Shown: positions 24,813-32,000 of the stretch, piece after piece
Position numbering within the stretch: the first letter of the stretch is position 1
How the letters are laid out: each line of letters opens with the position of its first letter
Source of the DNA: Ferroglobus placidus DSM 10642
Lineage (GTDB): Archaea; Halobacteriota; Archaeoglobi; Archaeoglobales; Archaeoglobaceae
Assembly (NCBI RefSeq): GCF_000025505.1
Contig: NC_013849.1
Coordinates: forward strand, 540,001 to 572,000
Direction of reading: 5' to 3'
DNA length: 32,000 bases
Notes under the pieces: generated by a model
The model's input: the letters and a program-made list of their open reading frames with translations, nothing else
What the model was told of the DNA's origin: nothing
Databases searched by the model: none
Program-made: the position numbers and the translations under genes

Positions 24813-26134
24813 GAGGGAGTTTCTGGTTCGAGGATTTCTTTAACGCTATCGAGGAACTCTTCGTAAATGTGGGCGTCAACTGAAAAGTGGTAGTACTTGT
24901 ACTCTCTTTCGTTTATAAGCTGAGATACGTAGTCCGTGAGGAGGGAGAAGGCGTACATGTTAGCGTGCATAGCTCCGTATATGTCGTTGGATCTCATGTA
25001 GAAAATCCCCATAAACTTTCTCGTTTTCAAAAACTGGTAACCTCTCAAACACGGTGGATCGTCGCTCGTCAAATCCCAAACCCTTGAAATTCCCACGTAG
25101 CAATCTCTCCTGTAAGGATTTTCCCTCAGCTTCTTTATGCATTCATACAGCTGATCGACTTTCTTCTCATCCCTCTCGCAGTACCTCGCTCTTTCAGCGT
25201 AAGTGTATTCTTCTCCTTCTTTTAAAATCTTCTCTTTCACAGGCTTATCGAGCTTAGCTGCGTAGATAACGTAGTTGTGCGCATAATCTATCGCATACTT
25301 TTTCGTGAAAGGGGCTTTGTCGTGAATCTTGTTCTCTCTCGTGTTTTTCACCTCAACGAAAAGTCTGTGAACGAACTTACTCCTTTTCTGCCCTTCAAAT
25401 AGCTCTCCCCACTCAGTTTCCTTTTCAAATCCGTTGTAATATATAACTTCGAGGGCTGAGTGCCAAGCGGTGGATTCGTAATCTTCTATTACGTGCACTC
25501 CAAGCTTGTGGAAGCCGTAGAAATCTTTGTAGCTGTGTTTTTCTACCCTATTAGTGTCTCTCTTGTATATATGAGGCGCTGCTACGAGAAGAGCTACGCT
25601 GCCGATTTCCATCTCAGCTTTTCTTGCTATCTCCTCAAGCACATGAAGGACGAAATCGAAGTTTGCGGAGAAGTAATTTAGAGCGTCTAAACTTCTCACG
25701 TATGCGGTAGCATGAAGAGAATCGAAATAGTAAAGAAAACTAATTTCCGTTACCGTAGGGGGAGTTTTGCAGAGGTGGTCTTCCGGTCTCCAAACTGGGA
25801 GAGAAACTCTCCTCGTGTAAGGCGTCTTTTTCAGCTTTTCAGCGGCAGTTTGGATTAAGTTCTCAACTCTGTCGAGATACGAGTCTTCGCAAGCTTTCCA
25901 TCCGAAGCTTTCGTCGAAGCTCTGCACGTACGTTGGTTTTTCGCATATCAAGAGCTCGGGCTCAATTCTTATCTCCTCGCCAAACCTCGATTCGATTTCT
26001 ACGCCTTCCCTCAGAATTTTCCCTATCAAACTCTTCTGAAGACTTTCAGGATTCGACTCGATTAACATCCTTTGAAAGGGAGTTTTGAAACGAGATAAAT
26101 GTTGCGCAGCGAAAGCCTTATTAAGCAGCTTCAA
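24794..26134 (-). CDS. Internally duplicated thymidylate-synthase (ThyA)-like protein
   Basis: The protein is 446 aa from TTG 26134, or 424 aa from ATG 26068. It contains two ThyA-like halves with a 234-aa period: RR (108-109 / 342-343), PPT127 vs PPC362, RSxD (147-150 / 381-384), N158 / N392, and HxY (188-190 / 422-424). The spacings match E. coli ThyA R126-R127, C146, R166-D169, N177 and H207-Y209. Confidence 0.75.
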   Translation of the reverse strand: MKLLNKAFAAQHLSRFKTPFQRMLIESNPESLQKSLIGKILREGVEIESRFGEEIRIEPELLICEKPTYVQSFDESFGWKACEDSYLDRVENLIQTAAEKLKKTPYTRRVSLPVWRPEDHLCKTPPTVTEISFLYYFDSLHATAYVRSLDALNYFSANFDFVLHVLEEIARKAEMEIGSVALLVAAPHIYKRDTNRVEKHSYKDFYGFHKLGVHVIEDYESTAWHSALEVIYYNGFEKETEWGELFEGQKRSKFVHRLFVEVKNTRENKIHDKAPFTKKYAIDYAHNYVIYAAKLDKPVKEKILKEGEEYTYAERARYCERDEKKVDQLYECIKKLRENPYRRDCYVGISRVWDLTSDDPPCLRGYQFLKTRKFMGIFYMRSNDIYGAMHANMYAFSLLTDYVSQLINEREYKYYHFSVDAHIYEEFLDSVKEILEPETPSYISKA

Positions 26135-26150
26135 AGGAATTAAATTAAAA

Positions 26151-26224
26151 GCGCCGGTGGTGTAGCCTGGCTAACACAGGGGCTTGCCGAGCCCCTGCCC
26201 CGGGTTCAAATCCCGGCCGGCGCA
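26151..26224 (+). tRNA. tRNA-Gly (anticodon GCC)
   Basis: I folded the cloverleaf by hand. The acceptor stem is GCGCCGG/CCGGCGC, the D stem GTGT/ACAC and the anticodon stem GGGGC/GCCCC. The anticodon loop is TT-GCC-GA. The T stem is CCGGG/CCCGG with loop TTCAAAT. The discriminator is A, and no CCA is encoded. Confidence 0.92.
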
Positions 26225-26225
26225 C

Positions 26226-26239
26226 TTTTTGCTATTTTT
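26226..26239 (+). terminator. Oligo-T archaeal terminator after the tRNA
   Basis: Two T5 runs (tttttgctattttt) follow directly after the tRNA 3' end. Confidence 0.4.
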
Positions 26240-26285
26240 GATCAAACTCAAATATTCTCGGAGTCCGTTGATTCTCTCGCAGTAA

Positions 26286-26422
26286 CTATTTCGAAATCTT
26301 TCCCAATCTTGTAAGAACGAAATTTCTTTCAAAGACCTCGTAGACTTCTTCTACGTCCACAGCATGTTTTTCTCGAATCTTAGCCAAAATTTCAGGCCTG
26401 ATCTTGATCAGATTTCTCCCAT
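26286..26422 (-). pseudogene. Degraded mini-ORF, possible toxin-gene remnant
   Basis: The reverse strand reads ATG GGA GAA ATC TGA. One frame over it reads ...LIKIRPEILAKIREKHAVDVEEVYEVFERNFVLTRLGKISK*. The length of 137 nt is not divisible by 3, which is consistent with a 1-nt indel after codon 4. Confidence 0.25.
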
Positions 26423-26547
26423 CTCAAATTTTTAAGAAGTTCTTCAAGGGTACGATGAAGAAATTGAAGCGATAATACGAGCGGGGAAAATACGGAAGCG
26501 TTGAGAAAGTTTTGAGAGAAGGGGATGTACTGTTAATTTGAACAAAC

Positions 26548-26555
26548 CTTTATAT
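26548..26555 (+). promoter_or_regulatory. TATA box for ftr (leaderless-type spacing)
   Basis: The sequence ctttatat is centred ~26 nt upstream of the ftr ATG (26577), with an A-rich BRE-like aacaaa just upstream. Confidence 0.4.
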
Positions 26556-26576
26556 TCTCTCTGACCACTTACAAAC

Positions 26577-27488
26577 ATGAAGCTGGAAATAAATGGAGTT
26601 CCGGTAGAAGACACCTACTGCGAGGCTTTTGACGGGATATATTCCCGTTTGTTGATTACAGCAAAGCACAGGTGGCTTTTGAAGAAAGCAGCTTACGGCT
26701 CCACAGCTTTACCTTCTACGGTTTTCGGCGAGTCTGAGGGAGGAGTTGAAAAGTTCGTCTCGCCGGAAGAAACCCCCGACGGAAGGCAGGGGGCGATAAT
26801 TCAGATATGGGTTCAGAAGACTAAGAACTTCAAAGACGTTTTGATGAGGGAGCTTGGAAAGAGAATAAGGCAGGGGATTCTTGTCGTTCCAACTACGAGG
26901 CTTTTCAACGCCACTCAGAGCGAGAACTACATAGACGCTGAAATAAACGTTGGAAGATGCGGTGACGGCTACGAGTGGGAGGAGGAGATGTGGGGAAGGA
27001 AGGTGATAAGAATCCCCATAATGTTCGGAGAGTTCATAATAGAACGATACCTCGGCTACGCTGAGGGAATAGCTGGAGGAAACGTGTGGTTCTTCTGCGA
27101 GAGCGAAGAGGCAGCGTTAGAAGCTGGAGAGGCTGCTGTTGAAGCTTTGAAAAACATGGAGGGAGTGATAACGTCTTTTGACATATGCTCCGCTGGAAGC
27201 AAACCCGAGACTAAATACCCTGAGATAGGTCCGACGACCAATCATTACTACTGCCCGACATTGAAAGGAAAAATTCCGGACTCAAAAGTTCCCGAGGGAG
27301 TGAAAAGCATTCCGGAGATAGTGATTAACGGAGTGAACATCGAAGCCGTGAAGAAAGCCATGTATGTTTGCCTCGAAGTGGCAAGCAAGGTTGACGGAGT
27401 CGTTAAGCTTTCAGCCGGAAACTACGGAGGGAAACTCGGACAGCACAAAATATACCTGAAAGATATTATAGAAGAGTATGGGGAGTAA
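26577..27488 (+). CDS. ftr: Formylmethanofuran:tetrahydromethanopterin N-formyltransferase
   Basis: The protein is 303 aa. The N-terminus [29 protein letters not shown] and the overall length and pattern are characteristic of Ftr. Confidence 0.9.
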   Translation: MKLEINGVPVEDTYCEAFDGIYSRLLITAKHRWLLKKAAYGSTALPSTVFGESEGGVEKFVSPEETPDGRQGAIIQIWVQKTKNFKDVLMRELGKRIRQGILVVPTTRLFNATQSENYIDAEINVGRCGDGYEWEEEMWGRKVIRIPIMFGEFIIERYLGYAEGIAGGNVWFFCESEEAALEAGEAAVEALKNMEGVITSFDICSAGSKPETKYPEIGPTTNHYYCPTLKGKIPDSKVPEGVKSIPEIVINGVNIEAVKKAMYVCLEVASKVDGVVKLSAGNYGGKLGQHKIYLKDIIEEYGE

Positions 27489-27956
27489 TTAAAAGACGTA
27501 GAGGAGGTAGTAGACTGCTAAACCTGAAGCGAAAGACAGAATCCACGTTAGGATCGTTAGTTTTCCAACCTTGTGATGCTTTTTCTTTTCTTTCTCGATC
27601 ATCTTTCTTCCGTTCGTTTTCTCCGTGCTCCTAAATCCGTGGTATATCGTGTAAGCAGCAAGGATTAACACGACGATGGAGATTATTGAGTGGAATATTA
27701 CCGTTGGAAGGTAAACGTAAATTTTTACGAACTCCGAGCCGGTAAATTCAGTTCTCCCTTCAACAAGGGATTTTACCATATAGCTAACCATGAATGAGAC
27801 GTCGAGGATAAAGGCGGATAGCATGGTTTTGTAGTGGGGGGAAATTTTTCTCTTCCTCGCGAAGTAGTATCCGGAAAGGAAAGCGAAGGTTACGAAGAAT
27901 TCGAGAATTAAGCTTAAATCTGAGAAGAAACTCGCTCTCGTTCCGAAAATTCCCAT
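27489..27956 (-). CDS. DUF420-like 4-TM membrane protein
   Basis: The protein is 155 aa with four hydrophobic helices. The pattern ...ARKRKISPHYKTMLSAFILDVSFMVSYMV resembles DUF420, from memory only. Confidence 0.5.
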   Translation of the reverse strand: MGIFGTRASFFSDLSLILEFFVTFAFLSGYYFARKRKISPHYKTMLSAFILDVSFMVSYMVKSLVEGRTEFTGSEFVKIYVYLPTVIFHSIISIVVLILAAYTIYHGFRSTEKTNGRKMIEKEKKKHHKVGKLTILTWILSFASGLAVYYLLYVF

Positions 27957-28005
27957 GTTTTAAAGAACGGAGTAAGCTTCTTAAAGTTTACCGTCAACTT
28001 TTATC

Positions 28006-28494
28006 GTGTACGTTGAAGGGGACACGCTAATAGTTGACGAGAAAATTGTTGAGGGGAATTTGACTCACAAAGTAATTAGGTTCAATCTTCCTTGCAAAGT
28101 TAAGGGATTCGTTAAAGCTGAGAAAGTGGAGTGTGTGAACCTCGAAGTTTTCTCCTTCATTCAAGCGGAAGACGTGAGGGCTGCGAAACACATCTTTTCT
28201 TACAGCTACATAAAAGCCGGGGTAATCTCAGCCGGCGGATTCATCAAAGCGAGGGAGATATTCGCAAGAGAAGTCGAGGCGGAGTGGTATATTGAAGCTG
28301 AAAAAATAAGAGCTGGTAAAATAGAGGCTAGGAAGTCAATTCTTGCCAAATCCATAGAAGCTGAGAAGGTTATTGCCGGAACGACTGTAAAGGCTGAAGA
28401 GATAAAGTGCTCTTACCTAAAAGCTTGGGAGTTGGTGGCGAAAAAAGCTGAAGTTGAGCGAATGGACGTGAAAAAGCTAAAATATAAAGCTTAA
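28006..28494 (+). CDS. Repeat protein with ~10-11-residue periodicity (bactofilin-like beta-helix candidate)
   Basis: GTG start, 162 aa. About eight consecutive units end in (I/V)x(A): FIKAREIFA / REVEAEWYIEA / EKIRAGKIEA / RKSILAKSIEA / EKVIAGTTVKA / EEIKCSYLKA. Confidence 0.5.
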   Translation: MYVEGDTLIVDEKIVEGNLTHKVIRFNLPCKVKGFVKAEKVECVNLEVFSFIQAEDVRAAKHIFSYSYIKAGVISAGGFIKAREIFAREVEAEWYIEAEKIRAGKIEARKSILAKSIEAEKVIAGTTVKAEEIKCSYLKAWELVAKKAEVERMDVKKLKYKA

Positions 28495-29091
28495 GAGGTT
28501 GAGTATCAAATCCGAAATGCTCTGAATGATTCCTCTCTCCTCTTTTACTTCAACTTTCTCGATTTTTTCGGCTGAGACTTTCTTTTCTTCCGTCGGTGGA
28601 ATGTAGTCTTTTATCTTCTCTCCGTGGCAAGCTGTGCAAATTTCATCGAGAACTCTTGAGTGAACGGCGTGGGGATTGCTGCCGTGGCATTCCGTGCAGA
28701 GATTTGTTTCGGGTTTTGAAGCGACGTCTCCGTGGCAGGTCGAGCAGCTCAGCTTGTAGTGGGGATCGTGAACGTGAATTCCCAGATTTCTTTTATCGTA
28801 CTCGCTGCCCACGTGGCATTTAATGCAAACGTCGACTCCGTGTAATTCCTCAATCTGCCTCTGATCTCTGAGGTTTAATTTGGTGTTGTGGCACGGCGTG
28901 CAGGTGAGGAACTTCTCCAGATCTTTTCCAGTTAACGTGTTTATGTGGCAGGGCATGCAAATTTTCGCTTTGTGCCAGTCTGGCATGAGACCTCGATATT
29001 CTTCATACAACGCTACTGTTGGGTTCGTCAGAATGAAAAATAAACTCAATATCGAAAATGCCACAGTTAGTGTGCTTCTGCTCACAGACAA
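28477..29091 (-). CDS. Hexahaem c-type cytochrome with N-terminal signal/anchor
   Basis: The protein is 204 aa with six CxxCH motifs (CMPCH, CTPCH, CIKCH, CSTCH, CTECH, CTACH) and a hydrophobic N-terminus. The start is TTG. Confidence 0.85.
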   Translation of the reverse strand: MSVSRSTLTVAFSILSLFFILTNPTVALYEEYRGLMPDWHKAKICMPCHINTLTGKDLEKFLTCTPCHNTKLNLRDQRQIEELHGVDVCIKCHVGSEYDKRNLGIHVHDPHYKLSCSTCHGDVASKPETNLCTECHGSNPHAVHSRVLDEICTACHGEKIKDYIPPTEEKKVSAEKIEKVEVKEERGIIQSISDLILNLLSFIF

Positions 29092-29138
29092 TGATAATTT
29101 GGTAAAATATTTATTTCTTTTGTTTTGAATTTAGACTC

Positions 29139-30944
29139 GTGAATGTCAGAATCTTGCTTTCAATTTTGATAGCATGTTTCTTGTCGTTTCCAGCATCAGC
29201 AATTTCCGAAGTGAATGTAAAATTCGTTAGCTATGTAAAAGATTTTGGATTGTATGTTGAAGAAAAACCATTATACGGTAAAAACGATGAAGTGAAAGTG
29301 TACGTTGATGCTAAGGGTGTAAATCATTTTAGAGCGTATTCCGTAGATTTTGCGTTTGTTATCTACGATCCGGAAGGGTATCCGGTGTTGGGTGCTTTAG
29401 AGCATAAAGAAGGTACTGGCTGGGAAGACGAAGTTTATGCGGTATATACTTTTAAAATTCCAGAAAACTGGATAAACGGTAAATACAAGCTTGATGTTTA
29501 CGTTTTTGATGTCCTGAACACTACTGCTACTTACCAGGAATACAAATCCTTTGTAGATAGATTAATAGAGAAGGGCGAGGCAAGTATAAGTGTTAAAGAA
29601 AAATCGAGAAAGGATGTAGATTACGTCAAAAAAACTGTTTACTTTACGGTGGTTGATTATGTGCCTCCGAAAGTATATCTCTTCGATTCTCATTTAAAAG
29701 CCAAGGAGCTTCCTCCCGGGATGAACAACTCTCTGATCTTTACTGCTTTTAATTCGGGAGAAAAACCAGCTAAATTTTACGTCTGGCTTTACATCGATGG
29801 TAAGAAAGTCTCTAAGAAAAAGGTTGAAATTGGTGCCAAGAAGTACCTTAGAGTTGAATTTGAAATCCCTCAGCTTGAGGTCGGTAAGCATAGAATTGAG
29901 GTAGTGCCCGAATGGAATAATGTCGTTTATGCTAAGGGTTTGCCGATATATGTTCCCCCAATAGTTTTTGACAAACCCGTGCTTATATCTGAGATCGGTA
30001 AGGGGTTTATAGTTCTCTCGAAAAATAACTATGTTCTCGGAAGTGGGGGCGTTTCGAACGAAAAGCAGGGAAATCCAAGTTTTCCGACCGGTGAATACGA
30101 TATGAACAGAGATAATGCGGCTAAAATGATTACCAATATCTTAGCCTACACTTGGCAAAAGGTGAATGGAAAAGGAGATATCGACGTTGCACTCTACATA
30201 AAAAGCGACGATAGAGCTGAGAAAGTTTTGCCAGAGTTATTAGAGTACATTAGCAAGATCAGTGGTGCACCGATAAAATATAAAGGGGTAGTAAGTAAAG
30301 ACGAGCTTGAAGATGTTGATGTACTCTTTTACGTTTCTCCTCATCCCGATTTGAGTGATTTGGAAGAGTTTGTAAAAAAAGGTGGAATTCTCATCGTTGA
30401 TGTATCTACTTACTGGCTACAAATATCGTATCCCTATGACTTTAGAGAAGTCGAGGACTTGTATAGGAGCTTTTTCGATTTTAGCAGTTTAAACAAAACT
30501 GTTTTTATAAAATTAGTTACCGAACTCAAGCTACCCCCTGAGTTAAAGTATGAGAATTTAACGCTGAGCGATTTCCTCGTTAATGTTGGAGAAGAAGTAA
30601 AGATTTCGTTTGACGTGAAAAATGTAGGAGGACCCGGGAAAGTTCCGATTTCGGTTTTTGTGAACGATGAGGAGGTATACAACGAAACAGTGGAATTTTT
30701 CCCGAATGAGCAAAAGCACATAGAACTCACTTACGTTCCGCAGAAAGAGGGAGCATACAAAGTTACGGTTGACGGTATTTCGAAAGTCTTCTTTGCAAAA
30801 GAAATTAAGAAAGAAAACGTTACGGCAAAAGAGAAGGCAACTCCGAAACCTGAAATGAAAAGAAGGGAAAATGCAGCACTTGTAGTAGCACTGGTTGGAA
30901 TTTTAGCAGTTTTAATCGCAATAAGATTGTATTTGAGAAAATGA
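29139..30944 (+). CDS. Cell-surface protein with CARDB-like domains, signal peptide and C-terminal TM anchor
   Basis: GTG start. The signal peptide is MNVRILLSILIACFLSFPASA. Two CARDB-like segments are present, for example VGEEVKISFDVKNVGGPGKVPISVFVNDEEVYNETVEF...YKVTVDG. The C-terminal helix is AALVVALVGILAVLIAIRLYLRK. Confidence 0.75.
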   Translation: MNVRILLSILIACFLSFPASAISEVNVKFVSYVKDFGLYVEEKPLYGKNDEVKVYVDAKGVNHFRAYSVDFAFVIYDPEGYPVLGALEHKEGTGWEDEVYAVYTFKIPENWINGKYKLDVYVFDVLNTTATYQEYKSFVDRLIEKGEASISVKEKSRKDVDYVKKTVYFTVVDYVPPKVYLFDSHLKAKELPPGMNNSLIFTAFNSGEKPAKFYVWLYIDGKKVSKKKVEIGAKKYLRVEFEIPQLEVGKHRIEVVPEWNNVVYAKGLPIYVPPIVFDKPVLISEIGKGFIVLSKNNYVLGSGGVSNEKQGNPSFPTGEYDMNRDNAAKMITNILAYTWQKVNGKGDIDVALYIKSDDRAEKVLPELLEYISKISGAPIKYKGVVSKDELEDVDVLFYVSPHPDLSDLEEFVKKGGILIVDVSTYWLQISYPYDFREVEDLYRSFFDFSSLNKTVFIKLVTELKLPPELKYENLTLSDFLVNVGEEVKISFDVKNVGGPGKVPISVFVNDEEVYNETVEFFPNEQKHIELTYVPQKEGAYKVTVDGISKVFFAKEIKKENVTAKEKATPKPEMKRRENAALVVALVGILAVLIAIRLYLRK

Positions 30945-31188
30945 CGCTCTCCGATTACGAGATACTCGTCTTAAAAAAGTTAAAAAAGGGAAAAGTGTTG
31001 GGGAGATTGCTAAGGAGCTTGGTTTGCCTGAGCCGATAGTAAGAATAGCGATAGAGAGAGTAAAAAATAAAGAGCTGCCAAAAAAAAGAATAGAATTGAC
31101 GAAAAGTGCCATATTTTTACTTATCGATGCGATAATTCTTTATGTTTTATTGAAGATATTAATAGAGGTGGCAAAATGGTTCCTTTAA
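30941..31188 (+). pseudogene. Frameshifted small gene: LuxR/sigma-R4-like HTH fused to a C-terminal TM helix
   Basis: Frame 0 reads MTLSDYEILVLKKLKKGK and then stops at 31037. The -1 frame, entered at the A/G run ~30983-30994, reads KSVGEIAKELGLPEPIVRIAIERVKNKELPKKRIELTKSAIFLLIDAIILYVLLKILIEVAKWFL*. The ATG overlaps the upstream stop (ATGA). Confidence 0.5.
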
Positions 31189-31853
31189 TAGAGGTACTCG
31201 TAGCCATCCTTGGAGTTTCGTTAGTTCTCCTCTACAACTATAAGGAGGATTTGGTGCTGGTGTTAAGGTTTTCAAGAATCAGGAGTAAGGTAAAAGATGT
31301 TATCAGAGAAAAACCATCTGTGAGAAAAAAGATTGTTATTGCGGCGATTGAACTCTCTGTTTTTGTGTTCTTAATTTATCTTGTGTTGACAATGAAAATC
31401 TTTTGGACGGTCGTCGTGTCTAACAGCATGTATCCGACTTTCGAGAGAGGAGACATGGTCCTCGTTCAAACAATATTTGTCGAGCCTGAAAAGGGAGATA
31501 TCGTTATGTTCGTTAGAGAGGATGTGAATTTGCCAGTGACTCACAGGGTCTTAGATGTTAAGGATGGGCTCGTTTATACAGGAGGTGACGCGTCCGGTCC
31601 GGATTCGACGCCGGTACCTAAAGACAAGATCATTGGTGAAGTTGTGACGATTTTCGGAAAACCTGTAGTCGTTAAGGGTGTCGGAAACTATTTTATTTTA
31701 GATGCTAAAGAACTGAGAGACATCACGCCCTTTGGCGAGGAGTATCTCTTCTATAAGAGTTTGGTTGAAGTTTTTAGAACCTATGCTCTGGCAATAATTG
31801 TTATAGCGATTGCGGCTTATCTCTACTTGAGTTTTAGAGAAATTACTTTTTAA
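31176..31853 (+). CDS. Type I signal peptidase (archaeal/ER Sec11-SipW type)
   Basis: Box B is SNSMYPTFERGDMVLV (Ser nucleophile), followed by VTHRV (general-base His) and GGDAS. There are N-terminal and C-terminal TM helices. Confidence 0.8.
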   Translation: MVPLIEVLVAILGVSLVLLYNYKEDLVLVLRFSRIRSKVKDVIREKPSVRKKIVIAAIELSVFVFLIYLVLTMKIFWTVVVSNSMYPTFERGDMVLVQTIFVEPEKGDIVMFVREDVNLPVTHRVLDVKDGLVYTGGDASGPDSTPVPKDKIIGEVVTIFGKPVVVKGVGNYFILDAKELRDITPFGEEYLFYKSLVEVFRTYALAIIVIAIAAYLYLSFREITF

Positions 31854-32000
31854 TATTTTTTAAATTGGTTATCCCGTTTTTCAAAGATTCAGTTAGAGAG
31901 TTGTTCGCGTTTCCTCCTACAAGCTTCTTTGCCAGATTATAGTAGTAGTATGCGTAAAAGGCGGATGCTAAAAACATCACGCCCTGTGCAGCAGCAACTC
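31843..32000 (-). CDS. Partial CDS (3' end only): C-terminus of an unidentified protein
   Basis: The reverse-strand frame is open from the window edge to TAA at 31845-31843 and translates ...VAAAQGVMFLASAFYAYYYYNLAKKLVGGNANNSLTESLKNGITNLKNIKK*. It overlaps the signal peptidase 3' end by 11 nt. Confidence 0.3.
   Translation of the reverse strand, partial: VAAAQGVMFLASAFYAYYYYNLAKKLVGGNANNSLTESLKNGITNLKNIKK

Noticed and set aside
26134-26151. Use of TTG 26134 as the ThyA-like start, only 17 nt from the divergent tRNA
   Set aside because: I have not rejected it outright, but it leaves no room for a promoter. ATG 26068 with a TATA-like ttttaatttaatt (26150-26138, reverse strand) is more plausible. 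The longer coordinates are kept in the feature table for safety.
26440-26570. Possible C/D-box sRNA between the tRNA and ftr (cgatgaag ... ctga)
   Set aside because: The C-box candidate does not match RUGAUGA. The only CUGA lies ~110 nt away, too far for an archaeal C/D sRNA, and there are no C'/D' boxes or terminal stem.

Overview
The window is an archaeal chromosomal segment. The gene content suggests Archaeoglobaceae, which is inference only: Hef, a membrane-inserted LonB, Ftr of the H4MPT C1 pathway, a cysteine-free Thi4, TATA-box/leaderless-type promoters with Shine-Dalgarno sites inside operons, and three multihaem c-type cytochromes. About 40 genes are supported. Housekeeping genes: thi4, a LysE-like exporter, hef, a TatD-like hydrolase, DUF554, an HD hydrolase, lonB, ftr, tRNA-Gly(GCC) and signal peptidase I. 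There are two respiratory cytochrome loci. One is an octahaem HAO-like, tetrahaem, Tat-exported FeS and NrfD-like operon at 15.2-19.2 kb, with a divergent wHTH-PAS regulator and a palindromic candidate operator. The other is a hexahaem cytochrome at 28.5-29.1 kb. The most unusual region is 5.1-10.4 kb. It holds four tandem copies of a ~115-aa C-terminal module that I cannot assign to a named family. One copy sits on a full-length 809-aa signal-peptide protein, one on a 5'-truncated copy, one is frameshifted and one is a relic. Three copies are translationally coupled to genes for small multi-TM proteins. Two copies share a 213-bp stretch of perfect identity with sharp boundaries. Other notable items: an internally duplicated ThyA-like protein with only one catalytic Cys, a frameshifted membrane-tethered HTH gene between a surface protein and signal peptidase I, an HD gene whose first metal-ligand His lies upstream of any canonical start, and a degraded toxin-like mini-ORF next to the tRNA. 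I saw no CRISPR array, rRNA, transposase or integrase.
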